DNA from: Macrostomum hystrix
Lineage: Eukaryota > Animalia > Platyhelminthes
DNA length: 64,000 bases
NCBI GenBank assembly: GCA_950097015.1
Contig: CATNEN010000001.1
Span: forward strand, 19,096,001 to 19,160,000
Direction: 5' to 3'
Made by a program: the position numbers and the translations under genes. The notes under the pieces were generated by a model. That model was not told where the DNA came from. It saw only the letters and a list, made by a program, of their open reading frames with translations, and ran no database searches. This document shows positions 56,701 through 64,000 of the stretch, piece by piece; the stretch's first letter is position 1, and each line of letters starts with the position of its first letter.

Positions 56701-58773
56701 GCGACTGATCCCGCTGTGTCAAGGTCCTCGGGTCAGGAAGATCAGCAGTTAGCTCGTTGCAGCCAGTCCTGCCTGCCGACTGTTGGTCTCTCCGTGGGAC
56801 AGGGAGCAGAGGTGGAGGGGAGTTGTCAGACTCGTTGCGACCAGTCTCGCCTGTCAAGGACACCCCCTGCTGCCAGGGCTCCTGGGTCCAAGGACAAGGA
56901 GGACAAGGACATTGGAGAGCTGCCTCCGGTAAGAGCAGTGGTGACAGAGTTCCTGAGGGTGCCGGTTAGCCAGGTCGAGTTGCTAGAAGCTCAGCACCAA
57001 GATCCGGCAATCCGATACCTGACGGAACTGAAGCTGTCAGGAAAGGACAAGCCCAGGTTCGATCAGCGACTCCAGATGCCGAAAGAGGTCAGAGACCTCC
57101 TGGGTGCATTTGAGGAGCTGGAGGTGCGCGACGGGTTGCTCGTCATAGACTTTGATGACAACCGGCCGCCGCGACCGGTGCTACCGAAAGCATTAGACTC
57201 GCGCGTCTTTGAGGCCTTGCATGATTCGCCCTTGGCGGGTCATCTTGGCCAGTCCAAGACGGTGCAGAGAGTGAGAGACAGGTTCTGGAGACCCGGTCTC
57301 TGGTCGGAGGCGACGGGGTACGTGGCACGTTGCAGGACATGCCTGGAGAGCAAGACAAGGCGGAAGGAGGTAGTCCCACCGCAGAGCTATCCAGTGTGTG
57401 AGGTTTTGGGAAGGGTGCATGCCGACGTAATCGGGCCTTTGTCTCAACCAAGTGCCCGAGGACATCGGTACATCCTCACCCTGTGTGATGCAACATCGAA
57501 GTACCCGTTTGCCTATCCGATGCGAAACCAGAAGACTAAAACCGTGATCAAACTGCTGCTGGATAGGTTCATTCCCGAGTACGGTGCACCAGCCTGGCTG
57601 CACACGGACCAGGGGACGAACTTCATGAGTGCAGAGTTTGAAGACTTCTGTAAGCTGTATGGCATCCGTCATACGCACACGTGTCCCTATAACCCGGCCA
57701 GCAATGGCCAGGTCGAAAACCTGAATCGCCAAATCAAGTCAGTGCTCACGTGCCTGTTGGAAAAGGATCACAAGGATTGGGACCTGATGCTGCCCGCGTG
57801 CTTAATCGCGTTGCGCACCAGTGTCCACCCTGTGACCGGGTACACGCCGTACTTCCTGGTCTTCGGACGGGAGTACCGGCTGCCCGTGGACAACACGTTG
57901 ACTGCGCTGGCTGAGTACGCAGACTTGCCAGATTATCTCCGACATTTCCAGGAGCGCATAGACCAGGCGGTCAATTGTGCCCGGGACAAGCTCGAGAGGT
58001 ACCAGGTGCTGCGAGAAGAACACTACCAAGAAAGACCGCAGGCGAGACCACTCCGCCCAGGCCAGCTGGTCCTGCTTAACAACCCGATGATCGAATCCGG
58101 CGAGATCAGCAAATTCCATCGGCCTAGACAATCGGTCTACGTAGTGCTCGAGTGTAAGGGCGAAACGGTGTACAAGATCAGGCGACACGGCAACACCAGG
58201 AAGGCCAGGAAGCAGGTGCTGGTAGTCCACCGGCGCAACCTGCTCCCGGTACCGGCCTCAATATGCGACAGGACGGAAGAGGCGAGCCCGGCACGGCGGA
58301 AGCTCGGAAGGCCACCCAAGGGTAGCCCTCCAGTAGCTGACGCGGCCGGTGAGCCTGCCGACAGCGACGACGACGACGATGACGACGACGAGATCGGCCT
58401 GTGGAGCGCTCGAAGGTGGCACCTGCGACCACGAGTTGTTTCCAGGCCGAATCTCCACGAACCGGCCGGTCCAGAGATCTGCAACGGAGAAGAGGCGGGG
58501 GAGGCGTATGGTGATGTGGTTGTCCTGCCGTCGGACAGTCCGTTGCCCTCTCCAACCCTGTCCCCTATCCCATCCTCTGTGCACGGGGAAGTTGCAGAAA
58601 GTGTTAGGGCCGAAGGTGTAGGTGAGGCTGCTCAGATAGGTGAAGCTAGGGATCAGGAGCCGCAGCAGAGGCCGCCAAGAGTTAGGCGAGAGCCGGAAAG
58701 GCTGCAGGTCGATCCAAGCAGAAAGTCCTATTTTGTCAGAGCAATGTATGGCCTACCTACAATGTTTCAGTAA
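53656..58773 (+). CDS. pol: Pol polyprotein (PR, RT, RNase H, IN) via -1 frameshift
   Basis: Slippery GGGAAAC 53656-53662 plus downstream stem; LLDSGS, LDLAQGF, YIDD, TDAS, HHCC zinc finger, D-D-E core (HADVIGP, TDQGTNF, NGQVE). Confidence 0.96.
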   Translation, partial: GKRDGEEHGRQCPSQSSSWTGLRETEESAGGEGRGSPSTSFLERWYASNADPYVTAMVSKKTVPFLLDSGSRRCLIGSETWASLRHVVPHAVLTGESALCNFDGSRLPVLGRVAFEVRLGDYAVDVEFCVTKGEHENILGIDFMRQHTQKIDFPKGMLTMKSGTKVPLRFTRREARASRVYSLEQTTVPARSSMLVAVKLAGGRTDCHGTPLLVESLRSGLKPGASQIEMAPTLLTMADGTGCVEVINTSCFPAVIRRNGLVGLARPLKADELEYLPELEETPVRQVQAEGLESDEAWLEEVEICERLTEEQRHRVKEMLRECREAFAMHPLDHGVTDLVTHEIIVTDPTPVRIPPRRIPPHLMEQLDKMLDEMLAKGIIKPTFSSYNTPLLIVPKKDKTIRIVLDYRELNSRCLKHVYPLPDIQQTFEHLRGAQYYSALDLAQGFWQIPLREQDRHLTAFSVHHRGQFEFTVLPMGMTDSAGSFQRCINKLLEGLTPKVALGYIDDILVHSPTFDDHLEHLRMMLTRIREAQFKLKPKKCHLFKRELHYLGHVVTPEGILTNEDKIAELRGWPTPRSAKELRSFLGLAQYYKKFVRNYSGIAAPLHELTKRDVTSLKGLWKTEHERAFQGLKDALCSTEVLAYPEYTSDPKVTFVLDTDASDDRIGACLNQLQSDGVERPVGYYSRKLRGPETRYTTTRKELLAVVDAMRHFRYFLVGKKFVVRSDHKALLWLMHQTEATGILGRWVERMSEFDFTIVHRPGKSHQNADSMSRKPDNPVNCSFGVVTPHNQFGASACTRQVSSQLEEGQERDDKQVEVNEAAEPLRAVKPKAQGVIDGRPGWEAAVSEGLVEEPVLEPVEVRQDKAVLQGCQEDTTAGQPVRREAPVNGAPQSARCSQFCLQTVDAAVQTVATEGSWSQGATREEHWVRGCDAKAQVQTQVVAEGSEVKEKVPARCSQSCLQAPDPEPLVCPETEEEVSARCSQSCLQTPNPAVEEFSETGEKSLARCSQSCLRATDPAVSRSSGQEDQQLARCSQSCLPTVGLSVGQGAEVEGSCQTRCDQSRLSRTPPAARAPGSKDKEDKDIGELPPVRAVVTEFLRVPVSQVELLEAQHQDPAIRYLTELKLSGKDKPRFDQRLQMPKEVRDLLGAFEELEVRDGLLVIDFDDNRPPRPVLPKALDSRVFEALHDSPLAGHLGQSKTVQRVRDRFWRPGLWSEATGYVARCRTCLESKTRRKEVVPPQSYPVCEVLGRVHADVIGPLSQPSARGHRYILTLCDATSKYPFAYPMRNQKTKTVIKLLLDRFIPEYGAPAWLHTDQGTNFMSAEFEDFCKLYGIRHTHTCPYNPASNGQVENLNRQIKSVLTCLLEKDHKDWDLMLPACLIALRTSVHPVTGYTPYFLVFGREYRLPVDNTLTALAEYADLPDYLRHFQERIDQAVNCARDKLERYQVLREEHYQERPQARPLRPGQLVLLNNPMIESGEISKFHRPRQSVYVVLECKGETVYKIRRHGNTRKARKQVLVVHRRNLLPVPASICDRTEEASPARRKLGRPPKGSPPVADAAGEPADSDDDDDDDDEIGLWSARRWHLRPRVVSRPNLHEPAGPEICNGEEAGEAYGDVVVLPSDSPLPSPTLSPIPSSVHGEVAESVRAEGVGEAAQIGEARDQEPQQRPPRVRREPERLQVDPSRKSYFVRAMYGLPTMFQ

Positions 58774-58833
58774 ATTTCCTCTTCGAAGCGAGGTGAAAGG
58801 CAAATCTTAAAGATAATCAAAGAAAATAAGAAG

Positions 58834-59751
58834 ATGGAGAACGATGAAAATAGAAATCCTGAAGAAAGGGTGCCAACGCGCCCACGGCTTCTGGGAGTGA
58901 CACGCAGGATTGATGCACCGATGGAGGTGAGTAAACGGGTTGAGCTGTTAAGGAGCCAATTTGGCCGCAGTGCGCCCTTCCCACTGGGTCAGCGCTCGCC
59001 GAATTGGCATCGTCAATTCATGCCATCTTTAACCCGTTCACAGCAGCCCCAGAAGAGACAACTTAGAGATGCAAACAGCCAGGAGCCAGTGTACAAAAAG
59101 CACAAAAGTACACAGGCGGTGCCAGATACTGCGGAAGCGGCGACGCAAGCGCGCAGGCCAATCCTGAGCAGCGAGAGCAGCGGCTCAGACGAGGCGCAGG
59201 TGGATCCGGGCGAGGATCTGTGGGCAGCCCTTCAGCAAGGGATGCCCTCAGACGATGAGGGAGTGGCAGACCCCGACTCGGACCACAGCCACGAGTCCGA
59301 CGCCGAGGGCCCAGCAGCACCTCCGGCTGCGGAGCTGTCCCCGCCTCGGGATTCATCTTCAGGAGAGAGCCCAGATGACTTGGGCGCGGCCGCTCGTCCG
59401 AGACGGCGTAGAGGAGGTGCCCAGCGGCGTCGGCAGCGCCGGGCCCAATGGGAGAGCAGAGCTGCAGACCGCGAAGCGGCTACTCAATTCGTGGCCGAAT
59501 CGTTGGCACGTGCTGCCCGGGGCCAACTGGATGAAGGCTGGCCTGCCGCGGTACAAAGAGCCTTCGCCAACGAAGAGAGAGCTACGCGGCGAGAAATGGC
59601 TCAGGAGGCAGCAGCGCGGACTGAGGTGGCCATCAATGGCCCGGCCAGGACGCCACACCAGCTAGTGGCCCGGTATGGCCTGGTCATGATCGAACTGGTG
59701 GAAGGAGGGTGGCTGCCAGAGGCCATGCTACGCATGTCAGCCTACTATTAA
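58834..59751 (+). CDS. Unknown 305-aa ORF3 between pol and the 3' LTR (not env-like)
   Basis: Intact ORF, acidic tract and Arg cluster, no signal peptide or TM helix visible. Confidence 0.7.
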   Translation: MENDENRNPEERVPTRPRLLGVTRRIDAPMEVSKRVELLRSQFGRSAPFPLGQRSPNWHRQFMPSLTRSQQPQKRQLRDANSQEPVYKKHKSTQAVPDTAEAATQARRPILSSESSGSDEAQVDPGEDLWAALQQGMPSDDEGVADPDSDHSHESDAEGPAAPPAAELSPPRDSSSGESPDDLGAAARPRRRRGGAQRRRQRRAQWESRAADREAATQFVAESLARAARGQLDEGWPAAVQRAFANEERATRREMAQEAAARTEVAINGPARTPHQLVARYGLVMIELVEGGWLPEAMLRMSAYY

Positions 59752-60179
59752 TGTGCATGATTATCCAGTAGCGCCACAATTCGTGCATGCGCCGATTTTT
59801 AGTTCCCGCGCATATGCTATTATTAGTTTGTTTGTTGATTTTTGTACGATCTATCTGTTTTAGTCTTGTAAGGTCCTTACTAGTTTCTGTTGTTTAGGCG
59901 CCATGAGCATTTAATTTTCACATTGATGTTCTTGGCCTACGGTTGCCGTTGTATTTTTGTCTTATATATTTGTTTATTCAGCAGTTAATGCGCCATGTAC
60001 GATTGTTGATTTATGCGCCATGGATACATTTGATTTGATGGCAGTGCCTGTTTATGGCCGATTCGTTCAGTGTGACAGTTGTGCGTAAATACAAGGACGA
60101 GAAGGTGCTTACCTGTTTTTGGTTTAAGTGCGGCTGACGGCCAGCCAGTGTTGACCGTCATCCTTTAGCTGGAGGAGAA

Positions 60180-60845
60180 TGATGTGCTGTAGACTGCTGA
60201 GCAGCCTCCAGGCAATCTGTGAGTCAGGCTGTTCTAGGTCTGTGGGAGGGCTAGGGTTGGTAGTTAGTGTTTCCCGTGCACTGTCACATCCGCTCGCCAC
60301 CCCCTCCGCTCTCTCTCTCTCTCTTTCCAGCTCTGTCTGCGCACTGAGTCACATTGCACACCATGGTGCAATCGCTTAAGTTCGGAAGAAGACTGGCAGA
60401 ACAACGCTCAAATGCTCCTACTATAAGTAGAGCACAGTCCGACGAATCCTTGAGATGGGGTTGTTATCATGGTAGCACGTTTTCTGTATGAATATGGCAC
60501 GTTTCTTGTCTCCAGTTCTCCCGCTCGGAACAGTTTGTGATTACTTTCTGTGTCCATTCTTTTGGCTCTCTAAAGATCTTAGACAATTCTTGTTGGTCTA
60601 GGTCACACACTGCATTTAGAAGCTTGGTGTGTCACCCGATCTAGCATAAGATCTGTGAGTTTAGCTAGAACGTGGACTAGGTAGAAGAAGTCCCGAGAGA
60701 ACTTAGCTGTCTAAGCCTGACTACCGGATTGTTCCTCTGCTAGGAAGCATCTGAGTGTGAGGCCGGATACTCTCTCTCTCGGAATCTAGTTCCTGTCTTG
60801 GTTATTTTTACCAATTGTGTGTGCCACGCTACCACAGGTACAACA
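60180..60845 (+). repeat. 3' LTR
   Basis: Preceded by purine-rich GGAGGAGAA; followed by the CCAG TSD. Confidence 0.97.
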
Positions 60846-63002
60846 CCAGCATGGACTTCTCTAATCCTCCAATGGATTGCCACTAATCTCAGTCTAATAC
60901 CCTCTCAAGTGATTTATTTCAAGATTTCAATTTCACTATTTACGATATAAATATTGATCTTAAGTTCAAGGTCCACTGGAAAGAAGCCTTTGTGTGCAAA
61001 GAGTATGCATTAGTTTTTTTGAGATCTTGCCCTATTAACTATTTACTTTATTTACTATTTACCAAAGCCTACTTGACTCAATGTTAAAGTTACTTATATT
61101 GGTGGCGCATGTCACATATTACATTGTTTATAATTTCTTTCTGGCACACAGAGCCACCTTTTTGACTCTGGAAGTAGGCTAGGAGGCTAGGTCTAAAGAC
61201 TAAATGAAATTAGTGACTGTGTTGCTTCATAAAAAGTTGCAGAGCTTGGTACACTGTTAAGCAAGAAATGCAAAGAAACTAGCAGCAGAACTTAATAAAT
61301 AAAAGTGAATATTACAGTCGGACAACTGTTTCTAATTTAATACACACTGGCACAACCTCTAACAAAATTTTGGATTAACCTATCTTCAATGTTAACTAAA
61401 TATGAGTAAATGCTTATAGGCACTAGCTATAGTACTGGTTTACTGCCGAGTTAACTAGTTTCTAACCTGCCAAAGATAGTCAGATAATATTTCCTATTCA
61501 ATACTAGCTATCTAGAGTGTTATATTACATCATATTAACCATGTAATTTTGCCATATAGCGACATATGTTATTTTCCAACTGACATTGTTTAGACATTTA
61601 TCGAGTTTTTAATTACCTTGTGCAAATGACTCTGATTTGTCCAAAACTAAGTGAAGAGTGAAGTAAACAATACAAATATTTTTGTTTTTAACCTTAATTA
61701 CGATTTACGAAGAACGAAATTAGCTACCAAAGTGGCAATAATCTAGAAAAAGTAACAGTAATGTGGAATGATTGCAATTGGTACAATCTTGTACTTTTTT
61801 GTCCCGATTTACCTGCCTTTCAATTTCAGTTGAACTCAAAGAGAAAATTAAATTACTAAATTAATTAAAATTCAGTTCAAAATTAAAATTTGAAAAAGTT
61901 AAAAAACAACATGGCGGACAACTCCGACGAACATGCATCTGAAATTATTTAAAGCGCGCGAAAAAAATCTGCAGAGCCTTCTTTATGTATATGTTTAAGA
62001 ACATAATTATTTGTTTTTTCAAAGCAGTATTAAGTAGCCTATACCTTTATTACGATTTTGTTTTTTTCAACTTGAACGCTACGAGTACGTTACGGTTTAC
62101 ATACGTAAGTTGCGGGTAATATCGAGCCGATCTTCAAGAAAGGAAAATAATGTGTTTCGTAGCTAATTATTTGGAATACCTTGGTTTTTCGAGAATTATT
62201 AAATTAAGATTTAATATACCAGAAAGTCTTACGGTTTCCCTACTTTGTAGCAGAACACGAAAGCTCAGACACTTTTATTAAAAATATATAATATTTGTAG
62301 ATGAATTAACTAAATCGATGTTTCAGTAGGTTGAACTCGTGCGATTATACTGCTTTTGCGACAGAATGCAATGACTTTGCATCAATTAGATTTATAAATT
62401 GGTCGATTATTTATCATGTTGATTTCTGTCGAAAAGGTTAAATGTTCCGGAAACTTTATGTAACTCTAAACAAAGTAAAACATTTAGATACTGGTGTGAG
62501 GCATTGCACTTCGTACCCTACAAAATTTAAACGCTGTTTTGCCGTTTTTATGCAGTATGTGTTTAAAAAAATCTTTTAGCGAACTATTTTCGCTTCAACC
62601 TTTCTTTTAAGTTACTTTTATGCTTTAAAAATAATGATTTTTGCCTTGCTGGTCTTTATTTAAAACTTTATGGATTACATGCACTGACAAAAATAAGTAG
62701 AATGTTTGGTGCAACGATAAATCGATGACTTTCGTTACGGGTGCTAATAATTTTGACTTTTGCTGAGTTTGTAATATTGACGTTCACCCTTTTGGTTTTT
62801 GAAGCTTTGCAGATAAAATTTGGGGACCTGCTGGACCCGTCGTTAGATAATGGAGCGATTCGCTAGCTCGCGATATATTTGCTTGCGTTGCTAATATTGC
62901 GTTGCGAATTTGATCGCTACGATGGCCATTGCTTAAAATAAGTAAGCACAAGCTGCAGCCTGCAGCCAAAAAAGTAATAAATTACTAATTAGTAAGCCAA
63001 AT

Positions 63003-63624
63003 TACTAATAAATAGTAATTCTTCGTTGTATATGGGCAATGTCATGTGGTGAAACTGGTAGCACGTCAGCCTGACAACTGCGGGTCGTTGGTTCGACTCA
63101 TTTTTTATTTAAATTAATGATTATGTTTTGCAGAACAACAAGAAACAAGAACATCATATAAGCCTACTCATTTTTTAATCCGGCTGAGTAAGAAAAAAAG
63201 CGGTTTTACGCTGATTTACATAAATATCAGCACTATACAGTACACTCGAAGCACCAAAGGAATCACATACAGTAGGATAGCCTATATGTTTTGAAAAACT
63301 CTGAAAAAGTATTCGAACGAAAGAATATATACTAATAAATAGTAATTCTTCGTTGTATATGGGCAATGTCAAGTGGTGAAACTGGTAGCACGTCAGCCTG
63401 ACAACTGCGGGTCGTTGGTTCGACTCATTTTTTATTTAAATTAATGATTATATGTTTTGCAGAACAACAAGAACATCATATAAGCCTACTCATTTCTTAA
63501 TCTGGCTAAGTAAGAAAAAAAGCGGTTTTACGCTGATTTACATAAATATCAGCACTATACAGTACACTCGAAGCACCAAAGGAATCACATACAGTAGGAT
63601 AGCCTATATGTTTTGAAAAACTCT
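63003..63624 (+). repeat. ~327-bp tandem duplication, each unit with a tRNA-like A/B-box segment
   Basis: TGGTGAAACTGG (A box) and GGTTCGACTC (B box) followed by a T run, at ~63046 and ~63374. Confidence 0.8.
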
Positions 63625-63659
63625 TAAATTAAGAAAACTCTAAAAGAATTTATTTTTCC

Positions 63660-63901
63660 AAACATATCGGCAGCATCCGAACCCCACAGAATTGCCGCAC
63701 AGAACTGCTTTATTCCACGCCAGCCGGAATTATTATTACCCGACGAAATGTCGGTACTCATCTGCAGCTGAGTAGACTGTGTGCACATCAGGGCAAAGCA
63801 GCTTGCCAAGGGCTGCACGAATAGTTCTAGACTAGGTCGGGAGTCGAACCCAGGACCATCTGATCCAGAGTCCGACACCTTACTGACTGAGCTATCCGCC
63901 C
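63660..63901 (-). mobile_element. tRNA-derived SINE
   Basis: Minus strand GGGCGGATAGCTCAGTCAG (A box)..GGTTCGACTCCC (B box)..CCCTTGGCAAG..TCTACTCAGCTGCAGATGAGTACC, resembling conserved SINE central domains; 3' end approximate. Confidence 0.7.
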
Positions 63902-64000
63902 TCATGGGCAACCTCTCCCCCTCCTCCTTCCCCCCCGTCACCTTCCTATCCCATATCCGAGGCCCACACCAGGAGCGCACCCTGGGCCCATGAGCTGCGA

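Larger units (their letters stand above)
51705..60845 (+). mobile_element. Full-length Ty3/Gypsy LTR retrotransposon
   Basis: Two 666-bp TG..CA LTRs, 4-bp TSD CCAG, PBS, PR-RT-RH-IN order, open gag and pol. Confidence 0.97.

Noticed and set aside
58834-59751. env gene
   Set aside because: No signal peptide, fusion peptide or TM anchor visible
63033-63100. Functional tRNA gene
   Set aside because: No acceptor-stem pairing; sequence ends right after the B box

Overview
Eukaryotic, repeat-dense DNA, probably from an invertebrate animal: it has GT-AG introns and LTR, LINE, Helitron and SINE elements, and no conventional host housekeeping gene. Established element types: (i) an intact Ty3/Gypsy LTR retrotransposon (51705-60845; 666-bp LTRs, CCAG TSD, gag/-1 frameshift/pol, extra non-env ORF3); (ii) a 3'-truncated gag-protease-only LTR element on the minus strand with a 2.3-kb LTR and tRNA-Leu PBS (6456-14107), plus a partial LTR copy (19298-21120); (iii) a Jockey/I-like LINE (27683-32468) with a 9-bp TSD and its empty site elsewhere in the window; (iv) a spliced KDZ (Kyakuja-Dileera-Zisupton) transposase gene; (v) non-autonomous Helitrons, a tRNA-derived SINE, many minisatellites and a 1.9-kb-arm inverted duplication. 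Most unusual: (a) a 33-48 kb cluster with an intron-containing zinc-finger tyrosine recombinase, a convergent CRESS-Rep-like SF3 helicase whose HUH nuclease motifs look degenerate, two stand-alone LOTUS (OST-HTH) mini-genes, shared upstream motifs and GCGCGCAC-cored palindromes between genes, which is a candidate undescribed recombinase-mobilised, virus-like element; (b) an AlkB (ALKBH2/3-like) dioxygenase carried inside the LINE as the start of ORF1; (c) two paralogous Pro/Arg micropeptides with an RLRS(G) motif whose differences are mostly synonymous. All protein assignments are by-eye motif recognition; no database searches were run.
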